From Candidatus Poribacteria bacterium (GTDB taxonomy: Bacteria; Poribacteria; WGA-4E; PCPOR2b), in contig OZ240245.1 in NCBI GenBank assembly GCA_965198175.1, positions 1,728,001 through 1,792,000 of the forward strand: DNA of 64,000 nt, in the 5' to 3' direction. Below are positions 38,266 to 48,975 of this stretch, piece by piece. Numbering within the stretch: the first letter of the stretch is position 1; each line of letters starts with the position of its first letter. The notes under the pieces are model-generated. The model did no database searches and was not told where the DNA came from. It saw only the letters and a program-made list of their open reading frames with translations. Position numbers and translations under genes: made by a program.

Positions 38266-39591
38266 ATGGTGCTGTGTATCCTACGACATGCTATGTTTAG
38301 TCTCGGAGCCCTTTGGTTTCTCTTATGGGCGATAAGTTGTTCTCTGCGACCACCCACGTCTCGGATTGATGGACAGCTTCCCAAAAGTGACCCTCAAAGT
38401 GCGATTGCCCACTATCTGCAGATTATGCGAGCCAATCCCGGTTCGGAACAGGCTAGAACCGCCCATCTCAAGATCGGGATGATTTACGATGGAAAGCACG
38501 GTGAAGGTGAAAAGGCAATCAAGATTTTTAAGAAAATCGTCCAATCTTATCCGACAAGTTCACAGGCGGGTGATGCGTTGTGGATGCTTGCAAATCACGA
38601 CTATGAAAACGGAGACTACGAAACTGCTCGAAAGAGATACTTTCAATTTATCTTAGATTTCTCCCAGGACCTGCGAACTCAAACAGCGCGATTACAACTT
38701 GCCGATTGCTACTTCCATTTGGGATCGAACGCGGTTGCGCTCAAAACTTACTCGGATTATGAAGCCCGTTATCCCGCTGATTCGCGTATTCCTGCGGTGT
38801 TTTTGAAGGTCGGAAGAATTTATGAAGCCCTTAATTCGTCAGAAAATGCGGTGGTAACCTACCGGCGTGTAATTGCTGAGTTTCCAAATGCGACGGAGGA
38901 ATGCACGCTTGCTCAGCAACGGCTTGGAACGCTTAGTGGTGTTGTGGTTACTGGGACCGAAACATCAGCAGTATCAGCACTTGAGTCGCTACCGCATGAC
39001 GAAGGTGAAACACCTACCCAGATTCGCCAAGTCAAGCCAAAGACATCCCTAAATCCACGGGCTGAATTAGTAAGTTGGGTTACTTCACCAACATTCGGAT
39101 ACAATCCACGTCGTCTGTTGACGGCAAGCGGTCTGCTTGAGGGACCAGACGTACGCGCAAGTATGGCTGGAGACGGCGCTTTGCTGAATGATGTGATTTA
39201 TAATCTGGGTTTAATGTATTATATGTCGGAAGATTACAAGCGTGCTGGTGCTTGTTTGGAAAAAGCCGTCGTTCTTGGGGTTCGCGATGCAGACCTTCCG
39301 GACATCTATCTTAACCTTGGTATTTGCTATAAAAAGATGGCTGCATGGGATAAAACCAAGGAGATGTTCCGGCAACTTGCATCGGTAGATATGAACGCAA
39401 CTGAACGGTTAATTGCCGCTGGTGAGAGCGAATTACGGATAGGAAATTATCTGGATGGAGCTAAATTGCTAGAAAGTTTGCTGGGCATTTCCGATCGATA
39501 CGATTCGCGCATCTCCCAAGCGCTGCGTAATACCAAAAGGATGCAAGAAAACAAAGAGCGAGACGAACTCGGGGAAGGAGACAATGATTAG
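38266..39591 (+). CDS. TPR-repeat probable lipoprotein (BamD/CpoB-like repeats)
   Basis: AISC lipobox-like, repeated ..YP.S..A..A TPR units. Confidence 0.8.
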   Translation: MVLCILRHAMFSLGALWFLLWAISCSLRPPTSRIDGQLPKSDPQSAIAHYLQIMRANPGSEQARTAHLKIGMIYDGKHGEGEKAIKIFKKIVQSYPTSSQAGDALWMLANHDYENGDYETARKRYFQFILDFSQDLRTQTARLQLADCYFHLGSNAVALKTYSDYEARYPADSRIPAVFLKVGRIYEALNSSENAVVTYRRVIAEFPNATEECTLAQQRLGTLSGVVVTGTETSAVSALESLPHDEGETPTQIRQVKPKTSLNPRAELVSWVTSPTFGYNPRRLLTASGLLEGPDVRASMAGDGALLNDVIYNLGLMYYMSEDYKRAGACLEKAVVLGVRDADLPDIYLNLGICYKKMAAWDKTKEMFRQLASVDMNATERLIAAGESELRIGNYLDGAKLLESLLGISDRYDSRISQALRNTKRMQENKERDELGEGDND

Positions 39592-39810
39592 ATAGCCGAT
39601 AAGGTTGCGTGGAGCGTGAAATATATACGCTGAGAGCCTACAGCGTCAGTTATCTAACCGACTGCCGACCGTAACTTGCGGAAGCAACAGTTTTTCGGGT
39701 TTATCTTGCGTTCAAGTTTAACGGTTGTCGCAGAATATTAATCTTCAGCAAGCAACCGAGGCAAGCTCGTACACGTAACAAATCGGGATTTCATTTTTGG
39801 GACAGGTGGG

Positions 39811-41271
39811 TTGAAACTCACAAAGTTGTACACATTCTTGGCAAGCAAATTATCGCTGTGGTATTCCAGAATCTGCGAAGTATTCGCGATAGATTTGCGT
39901 TCACTAGCGGTGTTTCGCATTGCGATTGCCACTTTGATTCTGATTGACTTGTTGACGCGCGCAGGAGATTTAACGGCGCATTATACCGACCATGGTGTAT
40001 GGCCGGTGGAAGCAGCACGTAGGCGACTTCCCATATGGGGATTTTCGCTACACTTGTTTAATGGTACCGCTGAGTTTCAAGCTATTTTATTCCTCATCAC
40101 GGGTGCGTTTGCCCTTGCGATGCTTGTTGGTTACCACACCCGCCTTGTGACACCGATTGTTTGGCTCTTGACGTTGTCGTTGCATCGGCGAAACCCGCAG
40201 GTTCTTCAAGGTGGCGATCATGTACTGCGTATGTTGTTGTTTTGGAGTATGTTTTTGCCTCTCGGGAACCGGTACGGAATTGATGCCTATCGAAACCGGT
40301 GTTCCCGTCACGCCTCATGTTCCACCCGTTCCATGAGTGCTGTTGCAATTTTGCTCCAGGTCTGCGTGATATATTGGTTCGCTGGGCTATTGAAATCGCG
40401 CACTACATGGTATCTCCAAGGCGACGGTGTCTATTATGTGTTGATGCTTGATCGATATGTGACGCCCATCGGTAAGTGGCTCCTTGATGTTGACCCGATC
40501 TTGTTGAAGTTGCTTAACTATAGTACATTGGGTCTTGAACTATTAGGGCCATTACTCGCACTTTCCCCTATTGCCAAAGGTCCGACTCGATGCGGCATTA
40601 TCGTGGCGTTTTGGTTATTTCACTTGGGTATGGGGCTCTGTTTAGAATTATGGTTGTTCGGATACATCTGTAGCGCGGCTTGGCTGCTATTTATCCCAAG
40701 TTGGTTTTGGGAACGCTTGCAGAAGAAATCACATCCCATCGATTGCAAAGGAAATAAGACGATTCGGGGGCGTCTATTGAATGGTGTCGTCGCGTTTCTA
40801 CTAATTTATGTGTTGTTTTGGAACCTTCGAACCACTAACAAACCGCTCTATCGATTTTACCCTGACGTTATCAATCCAATTGGGTATGCCCTAGGAATAG
40901 GTCAGTCGTGGGGCTTATTCACAGGACCACCAAGGAAGAACGGCTGGTATGTTATCACTGGGCAACTGAAAAACGGTACTAGGGTAAACCTTTTGATGCC
41001 TGGAGAATCGGTTCATTGGGAAAAACCTGAACTGGTGATTGCACTCTACGAGAGCCCGCGATGGCGGCGATATATGCGAAAATTCGTGAAGTTGGGAGAT
41101 CCGTATCGAGTCTATTATGGAGGTTACATGTGTCGCCGTTGGAACGAGTCACACACCGGAATGACACAGCTTCATTCCCTCCATGTGTATTATATACATC
41201 AACAGAATTTAGCTAACCGCCAAGTCTCGCCGCCTGAACGGGAATTGTTGCTGAGCTACACATGTGATTAG
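39811..41271 (+). CDS. HTTM domain membrane protein
   Basis: DLRSLAVFRI, RNP....GD..LR.LLFW..FLP, IYWFAGLLK, QSWGLF; exact start uncertain. Confidence 0.85.
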   Translation: MKLTKLYTFLASKLSLWYSRICEVFAIDLRSLAVFRIAIATLILIDLLTRAGDLTAHYTDHGVWPVEAARRRLPIWGFSLHLFNGTAEFQAILFLITGAFALAMLVGYHTRLVTPIVWLLTLSLHRRNPQVLQGGDHVLRMLLFWSMFLPLGNRYGIDAYRNRCSRHASCSTRSMSAVAILLQVCVIYWFAGLLKSRTTWYLQGDGVYYVLMLDRYVTPIGKWLLDVDPILLKLLNYSTLGLELLGPLLALSPIAKGPTRCGIIVAFWLFHLGMGLCLELWLFGYICSAAWLLFIPSWFWERLQKKSHPIDCKGNKTIRGRLLNGVVAFLLIYVLFWNLRTTNKPLYRFYPDVINPIGYALGIGQSWGLFTGPPRKNGWYVITGQLKNGTRVNLLMPGESVHWEKPELVIALYESPRWRRYMRKFVKLGDPYRVYYGGYMCRRWNESHTGMTQLHSLHVYYIHQQNLANRQVSPPERELLLSYTCD

Positions 41272-41362
41272 TACAGCACATTGTCACCTTCCGCCGATAT
41301 ATTTTTCTTGAAAATGGCGATGGTCTACTTCGGTAGGCATGAGAAAACATTGAGAAATTTTT

Positions 41363-41390
41363 GAACGGTTTGTGAGCCTTCGTTGTCTAA
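41363..41390 (+). promoter_or_regulatory. ECF-sigma-type promoter, probably autoregulatory
   Basis: GAACGG-16 bp-GTCTAA directly upstream of the ECF sigma gene. Confidence 0.5.
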
Positions 41391-41428
41391 TTTAAATTGA
41401 AAGCAGCAAGTTAGGGAGATAATGTCCC

Positions 41429-42019
41429 GTGGAACGAACCGAAGTTCTGCTAATCGAAGATCTCCGCGCAGGAGATATGACAGCGTTAGCGGTTCTTGTC
41501 GAAAAATACAAAAGGCTTGTTTACCGCCTCGCTTTCCAGATTACTAAAAATCATGAAGATGCTAACGATGCCATGCAAGATACGTTTTTGAAAGTCTACG
41601 AATCGATTCATAGCTTTCGGCAGGAGTCCGCCTTTGAAACTTGGCTTTATCGCATTGTTGTCAATCAGGCGATGAATCTTGTCAAGCGTCGGGAACGCCG
41701 TCGTGAATCCTCAATCTCAGAGGCAACTGAATTTCAGATTCGTCCAGATCTGAAGCGAGCATCCGATTTGAGAAATAACCCTCATGTGAGCGTTGAAAGG
41801 AAAGAACTACAGAGACAGGTTACTCAGGCAGTAAATAGCTTGCCAATGAAGCATCGAATGGTAGTCATTTTGCACGAGTTTGAAGGATTAACGCACCCCA
41901 AAATTGCGTCGATTCTCAACTGTTCTGAAGGGACTGTGCGATCGCGCTTGCACTACGCCAGAAAAAAACTCAGGGATCGGTTGAGATCTTATGTGGAATT
42001 GACTGATCTGTCTCCATAA
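41429..42019 (+). CDS. ECF RNA polymerase sigma factor
   Basis: DAMQDTFLK, FETWLYRI..N, EGTVRSRLHYAR. Confidence 0.95.
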   Translation: MERTEVLLIEDLRAGDMTALAVLVEKYKRLVYRLAFQITKNHEDANDAMQDTFLKVYESIHSFRQESAFETWLYRIVVNQAMNLVKRRERRRESSISEATEFQIRPDLKRASDLRNNPHVSVERKELQRQVTQAVNSLPMKHRMVVILHEFEGLTHPKIASILNCSEGTVRSRLHYARKKLRDRLRSYVELTDLSP

Positions 42020-42061
42020 GCTGTAGTGCTGTTACCTTTTACATTGAACAATGAGGTAAAC

Positions 42062-42982
42062 ATGAAACCTCGATGTCGATCCGTTCAGCGTTACTTATCT
42101 GATTACATAGACTGCACACTCTCAGGAGGGCAAACTGTCACCGTTGCTCAACACCTCCGAATTTGTCACGGTTGTCGGGACGAAGTGAAGTCCTTAAGAA
42201 ATACGAAAGCCTTACTCCATTACTACGTTCTCCCAACTTCCCCTGATGGCTATTACGGTCTATTTTGGCAGCAACTTCAGCGGATGATTGAGGAAAATCC
42301 CCGACCGACATGGTGGAGAATAGTTGTTCAATCGCTGTCATTTGTTTGGGGAAGTCCACAAGTTTTCGACCGATGCTGCTACTTTTTGAATTTGCTAATT
42401 AAACACCCCATTCAGTGGGGTTGGCGATGGGCGAGATTATCGCCCGTTTATGCGGTTATATTTCTCGTAACCTTTGCAACTTTGGTGGTGTATCAAGGTT
42501 TCCAAGCTAATCGGAATGATCGACATAATCCAACCAGTGTGCCACAGTTTTTGAATGCGTCTTCTAGTTATCTGACGCATGTTAAGGGGAGCCGAAAGCT
42601 AGTTAGGGGCAATCTCAAAAAGATTACGAGGATTCCCCCATCTTTTCCCAATCGGATTGCACATAAAACCCTGCAGCAGTCAAATCTTACTGATTTGACA
42701 ACAGAAAACTTGGATTGGAAAGGTAATTCTTCCAGTTCAGGAAGTGATAGTGAAGAGTTCAAGGAGATAATAACTCATGATACCTCTTCCGATTCACTAG
42801 TTCTCGCTCAGCTATCAACCCCAGACTCTATTCTCTCTAGAGAATATTTTTCGTCCCCCTTGGGGGTTGTGATAAGTATTCCGGATAGAGTTAAAAGGGA
42901 AAGCAACCGATTGAGCAGCTTTACGAGCGAAGTGATGGCGGATGTTCCGTTACCCGCTCTATCACTCGCAAAAAGTTTATGA
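42062..42982 (+). CDS. Zinc-binding anti-sigma factor (zf-HC2) with TM helix
   Basis: LSDYID..L...HLRICHGC (HxxxCxxC), central TM segment; follows ECF sigma. Confidence 0.85.
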   Translation: MKPRCRSVQRYLSDYIDCTLSGGQTVTVAQHLRICHGCRDEVKSLRNTKALLHYYVLPTSPDGYYGLFWQQLQRMIEENPRPTWWRIVVQSLSFVWGSPQVFDRCCYFLNLLIKHPIQWGWRWARLSPVYAVIFLVTFATLVVYQGFQANRNDRHNPTSVPQFLNASSSYLTHVKGSRKLVRGNLKKITRIPPSFPNRIAHKTLQQSNLTDLTTENLDWKGNSSSSGSDSEEFKEIITHDTSSDSLVLAQLSTPDSILSREYFSSPLGVVISIPDRVKRESNRLSSFTSEVMADVPLPALSLAKSL

Positions 42983-43070
42983 TGCTGTGAAACTTTATCT
43001 GGAGCTACGAGGTGTTAGATGTTAACGCCTCGAAGTGCCTCATGCTTAACTCAAAACTCAAAAGGAGATT

Positions 43071-46000
43071 GTGATGAACCCCAAAACACTAGGAATACTT
43101 GGCGGAGTTGCTTTACTTGCTGTTTTGTTTTGGCCCTCCGGCAGCTCCAAGAAGGTCGAACGGTTATATAACGAAGCAGAGGAACTCTTTAGTCAAGCTG
43201 ATTACGACCGAGCGATTGAAGGGTACAACGAAGCCCTTGAAGAATCAACGAAATGGGGCGTAAAGACTGAAGTCATTGATAAGGATTTCCCTACACTTGC
43301 GCATTACAAGATTGCGGTCAGCTATTCTAAATGGGCAGAACAGAGCGGTGATGTTAACTACTATGACACAGCGGTGGGACATATTGAAAAGGTTGCCGCC
43401 AATGCAAGCGTCCCTAAACACCAAGAGGGGTTAACTTACCTCTGGGGTCATATCCTATATAAGCAAGAAAAGTACGAGCTATCAGAACCCAAATTTCAGG
43501 CATTGATCGAAACCTTCCCGAATAGCCTGTTTGTTGAAAATGCTTGGTATGCAATCGGACAACTCAACTATAAATTGCTAAAGTATGAGGAATCCCGCCA
43601 CGCCTTCAAGGAGGTGCTTGACGGATTTCCAAACTCAGATTTCAAGGATGACGCGCAACATCTGATTGCTCAATCCTTCCTCAATGAAAAAAACTATGAA
43701 CAATCTTATCAGGAATTTGACAAGCTCGCGACTGAAGAGTTTAAAAATTATCCGGAATTGCAAGCAGAAGCGATGTATAAAGCTGCTTTCTGTTTGAACC
43801 AACTTGCCCGTGATGAAGAAGCGATTGGGCGTTACACGACATTCATTACGAAATTCCCGGATAGCCAATATGTCACTGCTGCTTATTTTGATATGGGTAC
43901 AATTTACGCCAAACAGAGAGACTATGACAACGCGCGGGTCAACTATGAACTCGCCTTGCAAAACACAGAAGACCGGGATTTGCAGGCGGAAATTCAAGCG
44001 ACGATCGGCCGCACGTATTACGATCAAGAAGATTATCCAAACGCAATCGCATCTTATACTAAGCTGTTGGAAGAGTATCCTGAGAGCAACTTTGTCGCCG
44101 AGGGCAAATTGGGAATTGCGGATAGCTACTTCAGGTTGGAAAATTGGAGTGAAGCTGTAGCGGCATACCAGCGCGTCCTTGATGAACACTCAGATCAGAC
44201 CGATTTTAAGCCCTATGTTACCTATCAATTGGGAGAATCGCACTATCAGTTGGCATCTAATTTGAAAGACTCCGGTCAGGCCGATCAAGCGAATGAACAC
44301 TTTGAAACGGCGTTGGGTTGGTATCAGAGGGCGATTGATGAGTTTCCAACAGACCCTGTTGCTCCCCATGCCCTTTACGGCGCAATCTGGGCATTGAACG
44401 ATCTCGGGCGAAAGGATGAACTCGAAAGAGTCGCACGAGAATTTATTGATAAGCACCGTTCCGATGCAGAGTTCGATATTCTCGCAGGGGAAGTTCAGCT
44501 AAAGTTCGCTGAGATTAAATTTAACGACTTTATGCAATACGAGGCAGCCGCAGCAGAATATGCCAAACTTTGGGACTATGCTGAGCTACCGAAATTCCAC
44601 ACGATCAAATTGATCGCAAAATTCCAGGAAGGGCGTGCCTACTACGAAGCTAGCAAGCCGGCGGATTACCGTGAGGGAGATCCGGAAGCCGTATTCAATG
44701 AAACGCTGCTTCAGAAATCAATTAACGCTTATCAGCAAGCAATAGATAAGTTCAAAAATGAAGCATTTGTGGACGGAGTGGAAGATGGTCGCTATGATGA
44801 CTTTGCTGATCGTCCCCAGCAGCTTGAAGCCTGCAAGATGAACCAGGCACTTGCATATGAAAAGCTAAATCAGTGGGATGATGCACGTCAACTCTACGCA
44901 TTTATCCCTGCTGGTAGTGAAAATTACGAACGGGCTCAGTTATTAATCGCGCAAAGCTACGTCAGAGAAGGAAACCCATCGCAGGCTGTGACAACATATC
45001 AATCAATACTTGACTCTTTAAGCCCGGATAACCGCTCGCTGGCGGAGATTAAGTTAGCAGACCTGTTGCGTTCCGAAGGACGATTCGCTGAAGCTGCCGT
45101 TCAATACGAGAGCATCGTCGCAAGAAATCCAGAAGGTGAGTATGCAGATGACGCTCAATATCTCATTGGACTCTGTTACTATAAAGCAGCGAGCGACGAT
45201 TCAGCCTTACTAGAAAAATCCGTTTCTGCATTCCAAAAAGTGGTTGAGCAATACGGTGACAGCCCAAATGCTATTGAGGGATATTATGGTCTTGTCCTCG
45301 CCTATCGGGATTTGGCTAAACAGGGTGATACCTCGCAGTGGCCCAAAGTGCTTGAAGTGGCGGATCTCGCCGCCGACAAATACGGTAGCAGTGACGATGA
45401 AAAGATTAGAAGGACGTTGGGGCATATTGACCTCGTAAAAGCCACGGCGATTGAACAGCAGGGCATTGATTCCGAAGAAGAGATGGCTGAACACGTCGCG
45501 AGTCTAAGGCGTATTGCAATTAATACGGCAGCGCCTGAGGATGCTCGCTCACGGGCACAGTTAAAAATCGGACATTCGTTTTACAGCGCTGGCGAGCACC
45601 AAAAAGCGCTTACCGAATATCAAATGTTCGTTGATATGTTTCCCAACAACGAGCTTTTGAAAAATGCGTTATACCAGATCGCTGTGTGTTACTACCAGAT
45701 TGGGCAAGACACGGCGGACGAAAGCACCAAAAAATTAGCATTCCAGAATTCTACCACGTATGCTATGCAAGCTGTTGAGATAAATCCCGGTGTTGATGCC
45801 ATGATTAGTGCTTACTACACATTAGGGCTTGCTAAATTTGGCTTGGATGATTTGATGGGTGCAATTGAGGCGTTCCAGAAAACTACCGCGTATGAAGGAC
45901 AGACGGAAGATGAAGCGCGTCAACGTTTAATCCATCAAGCCCACTCTCGGCTCGCGGAGTTGAATACAAGTGTCGGAAATCACGCTGCCGCTGTCGAAGA

Positions 46001-47750
46001 ATATCAGCATGTTATTCAACATACAGATGACTCTGACCTCAAGGGCCGCTCTTATTTCGCAATGGCTTATGCTCAAGATGCGCATCTGAAACAGTATAGT
46101 GATGCTTTGCTCAGCTACCAGAACGCCATTCAATTGGTAGGCGATGCGCTCGTTAAAGCGCAATCATACTATCGTACAGGGCTGATCTATGAAACTAAGC
46201 TGAAGGAGCTTGAACACGCATTGCAGGCATATGAGGTCGTTACGACCGATTTTGGCAATGAATCCGACAAAAATATTCTGGCTATGGTGGCAGACGCTGG
46301 CATTCGTAAATCTGACCTCTACGTGAAATTAGGACGTTTAGAGGAGGCAATTGCTCAAGCGCTGAAGGCGCGAAAGGTCGCCCAATCGGTACCACAGAAA
46401 GTTTCCGCCCAGTATAACCTCGGGTTCCTATACTTCGACAGAGCGTATGAACTCTTTTCAGATCAAGTGGGCGCCGATATGAGGCCGTATATCGTTGGAA
46501 GCCGTGACGCTGCGGCTACGTACTTGGAAGTCCATGATATCGCTTCGCCTATTGAAAAGGCTGATAAATCCGTGATTCCATTTGTCCAAAACGCGCTGTT
46601 CCAAGCGGGGCAGATTTCCTATTCGGTTGGTTCTCAGATTAAGCTGACGGAAGAACCCAAGGTGGATCTTGAAATGGCAACCAAGGCGCTGACGCTGTTC
46701 ATGGAATATGTCGACAAAGACGTATTTCCAGCCTCAAGAGATTTGACGGACAATATCAAGACTGCATTGACATACATTGGATCGGCCTATTTTGAACTGG
46801 GCCGGGTTCAGCTCGGTCTTGACGCTGAATACTCCGATCAGACCATAACCTATTTTGAACAGGCGGTTCCCTCATTTAAGGAACTGGTTCGTCGGTTCCC
46901 AAGGGAGGAAGACGCTCCATTGTGGCAGTATCAGGCTGGGGAATCCCACTTCGCCGCTCAGAAGTTCTTAAAGGCAATTGATGAGTATGGAAAGGTCCGA
47001 GCCTTAAATCCGCAGCATGAGAAAGCGGCAGAATCACTCAACGCGATTACTTCCTGTTATTCAAGCTTGGCTACAGCCGCGGGGGACGATACGGCAACGA
47101 AGGAAAAATGGAATGCGAAGATCTTTGAAATAAACGAGATTCTCGCTAAGAACTATCCGAGCACACCCTACGCTGCTCAGGCGTTCATTAACCTTGGCAA
47201 CGATTATTTTAACCAGGGATCAATCGCAGATATTGACAATGCCGAACGCATCCGTCTCTACGACTTAGCTGTTGAGCAATACCGGCGGTCGCTGGAAGTA
47301 CCGGGTATCGATTCAGATTCTAAAAGTACTGCCTCAGGGTACTTGCTGGAAACAGAAACGGCGCTCGCGAGTTCGTTTTATATTCAATCGGCGTCCAATT
47401 TTGCTAAGGCAAAGGGGACGCGTGGTGATGCCCAGAAGCCAGCGATCGAAAAAGTGATTGCTGAGTTCAACGACATCATCAATGCTTATCCCAATACTAA
47501 GTTCGGCGATCTGTCTCATGTTCAGATCGGCGAAGCCTACATGCTATTGGCGGATCAAGACGATAACTATTTCCACGATGCACTCGATTGGTTTGACAAG
47601 CTGTGGAAAAAATACGAAACAGAGCCTCCGACGAGTGTGCAGGTCAACAAAGCGTTAACACTAGCACAGCAGCAAATCGCATTAATTACAAGCTACATGA
47701 AATCGGAAGGCATTCCTCGGCGTACTACCGGTGGAGGCAGTGGTGAATAA
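43071..47750 (+). CDS. Giant membrane-anchored TPR protein (1559 aa)
   Basis: N-terminal hydrophobic anchor, many TPR units with FP.S/YP.S turns; AAGGAG RBS. Confidence 0.9.
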   Translation: MMNPKTLGILGGVALLAVLFWPSGSSKKVERLYNEAEELFSQADYDRAIEGYNEALEESTKWGVKTEVIDKDFPTLAHYKIAVSYSKWAEQSGDVNYYDTAVGHIEKVAANASVPKHQEGLTYLWGHILYKQEKYELSEPKFQALIETFPNSLFVENAWYAIGQLNYKLLKYEESRHAFKEVLDGFPNSDFKDDAQHLIAQSFLNEKNYEQSYQEFDKLATEEFKNYPELQAEAMYKAAFCLNQLARDEEAIGRYTTFITKFPDSQYVTAAYFDMGTIYAKQRDYDNARVNYELALQNTEDRDLQAEIQATIGRTYYDQEDYPNAIASYTKLLEEYPESNFVAEGKLGIADSYFRLENWSEAVAAYQRVLDEHSDQTDFKPYVTYQLGESHYQLASNLKDSGQADQANEHFETALGWYQRAIDEFPTDPVAPHALYGAIWALNDLGRKDELERVAREFIDKHRSDAEFDILAGEVQLKFAEIKFNDFMQYEAAAAEYAKLWDYAELPKFHTIKLIAKFQEGRAYYEASKPADYREGDPEAVFNETLLQKSINAYQQAIDKFKNEAFVDGVEDGRYDDFADRPQQLEACKMNQALAYEKLNQWDDARQLYAFIPAGSENYERAQLLIAQSYVREGNPSQAVTTYQSILDSLSPDNRSLAEIKLADLLRSEGRFAEAAVQYESIVARNPEGEYADDAQYLIGLCYYKAASDDSALLEKSVSAFQKVVEQYGDSPNAIEGYYGLVLAYRDLAKQGDTSQWPKVLEVADLAADKYGSSDDEKIRRTLGHIDLVKATAIEQQGIDSEEEMAEHVASLRRIAINTAAPEDARSRAQLKIGHSFYSAGEHQKALTEYQMFVDMFPNNELLKNALYQIAVCYYQIGQDTADESTKKLAFQNSTTYAMQAVEINPGVDAMISAYYTLGLAKFGLDDLMGAIEAFQKTTAYEGQTEDEARQRLIHQAHSRLAELNTSVGNHAAAVEEYQHVIQHTDDSDLKGRSYFAMAYAQDAHLKQYSDALLSYQNAIQLVGDALVKAQSYYRTGLIYETKLKELEHALQAYEVVTTDFGNESDKNILAMVADAGIRKSDLYVKLGRLEEAIAQALKARKVAQSVPQKVSAQYNLGFLYFDRAYELFSDQVGADMRPYIVGSRDAAATYLEVHDIASPIEKADKSVIPFVQNALFQAGQISYSVGSQIKLTEEPKVDLEMATKALTLFMEYVDKDVFPASRDLTDNIKTALTYIGSAYFELGRVQLGLDAEYSDQTITYFEQAVPSFKELVRRFPREEDAPLWQYQAGESHFAAQKFLKAIDEYGKVRALNPQHEKAAESLNAITSCYSSLATAAGDDTATKEKWNAKIFEINEILAKNYPSTPYAAQAFINLGNDYFNQGSIADIDNAERIRLYDLAVEQYRRSLEVPGIDSDSKSTASGYLLETETALASSFYIQSASNFAKAKGTRGDAQKPAIEKVIAEFNDIINAYPNTKFGDLSHVQIGEAYMLLADQDDNYFHDALDWFDKLWKKYETEPPTSVQVNKALTLAQQQIALITSYMKSEGIPRRTTGGGSGE

Positions 47751-47785
47751 TTGAGCACATCCTCCAATGCAATCCATAACAGAAC

Positions 47786-48961
47786 TTAATTCAGGTTTTG
47801 GATTAATTTATGAGCGGTGGATTTTGCCCACTGATCAGCAGCTAGAATATCACTGAGGCTCGGCTGAAGTTCTACGTCATGTTGATTCATGACTGTTTCG
47901 ACGATTATCGGAATGTCCATAAATCCGATGTGCTCATTTAGGAAAGCGCGTACAGCAACCTCATCGGCACTGCTAAGAACGGTGGGCAATGTCCCACCAA
48001 CTTTGGTAGCAGTATAAGCGTGGGACAGGCAGGGAAACTTCTCAAAATCAACAAGCTCGAAATGGAGTGCGCGGGTTTGAGCAAGGTTGAGATGGGTAGC
48101 AGGGGTTGGTAGATGGCGGGGATAAGTTAAAGCGTATTGGATTGGCACCCGCATGTCAGCAACACCGAGTTGAGCGAGGAAGGAGCCATCGACGAATTCG
48201 ACCATCGAGTGGATGATGCTTTCCGGCTGGATTATCACATCAATTTGTGACGGTTCTATATCGAATAACCATCTCGCTTCGATGACTTCTAGTCCTTTGT
48301 TCATCATCGTTGCGGAGTCAATTGTAATTTTGTTCCCCATGTTCCAGGTCGGGTGCTTCAACGCCTGTTGAGGCGTCACCGAATGGAGTTGATCGATAGG
48401 AGTTTGGCGGAACGGCCCTCCGGAAGCGGTAAGAATGAGGCGATGAATCTGGTTATGTTTCTGATTATCTCCGAGACAACCGGAAAGACACTGGAGAATC
48501 GCGCTAATTTCGCTATCCACAGGTAACAAGCGGACACCGTACTCTTCGACCGCCCTCATAACCAACGAACCGCACATAACCAGCACTTCTTTGTTGACAA
48601 ACGCCAAATCCTTGCCGGATTTAATCGCTTCCAACGTCGGTAGCAATCCTGCGCTACCTCCGATGGCCTCGATAACCAAGTTGACCTCCTCCATCGTTGC
48701 AATCGCTAGAACCCCTTCTTTTCCTGAAAGCACTTCAACAGATTTCAAGTCCTTCAAGCGTTCCCTAAGCTGATTAGCAACATCTCTATCGTTCAATGCC
48801 GCAAGCCTAGGGCGAAATTGGCGTATCTGTTGTTCCAGTAGGTCAACAGAAGTATTGGCAGCGAGTCCAGCGACCGTGAACTCACCAGGGTGGGCTTGTA
48901 CAACGGAGAGAGCATTTTTTCCAATTGATCCCGTTGAACCGAGAATGGCCAGGCGTTTCAT
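47786..48961 (-). CDS. dxr: 1-deoxy-D-xylulose-5-phosphate reductoisomerase
   Basis: LGSTGSIG, NKE, PVDSE, TASGGPF, HPTWNMG.KITIDSATMMNKGLE. Confidence 0.97.
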   Translation of the reverse strand: MKRLAILGSTGSIGKNALSVVQAHPGEFTVAGLAANTSVDLLEQQIRQFRPRLAALNDRDVANQLRERLKDLKSVEVLSGKEGVLAIATMEEVNLVIEAIGGSAGLLPTLEAIKSGKDLAFVNKEVLVMCGSLVMRAVEEYGVRLLPVDSEISAILQCLSGCLGDNQKHNQIHRLILTASGGPFRQTPIDQLHSVTPQQALKHPTWNMGNKITIDSATMMNKGLEVIEARWLFDIEPSQIDVIIQPESIIHSMVEFVDGSFLAQLGVADMRVPIQYALTYPRHLPTPATHLNLAQTRALHFELVDFEKFPCLSHAYTATKVGGTLPTVLSSADEVAVRAFLNEHIGFMDIPIIVETVMNQHDVELQPSLSDILAADQWAKSTAHKLIQNLN

Positions 48962-48975
48962 AACGAACCTACGAA

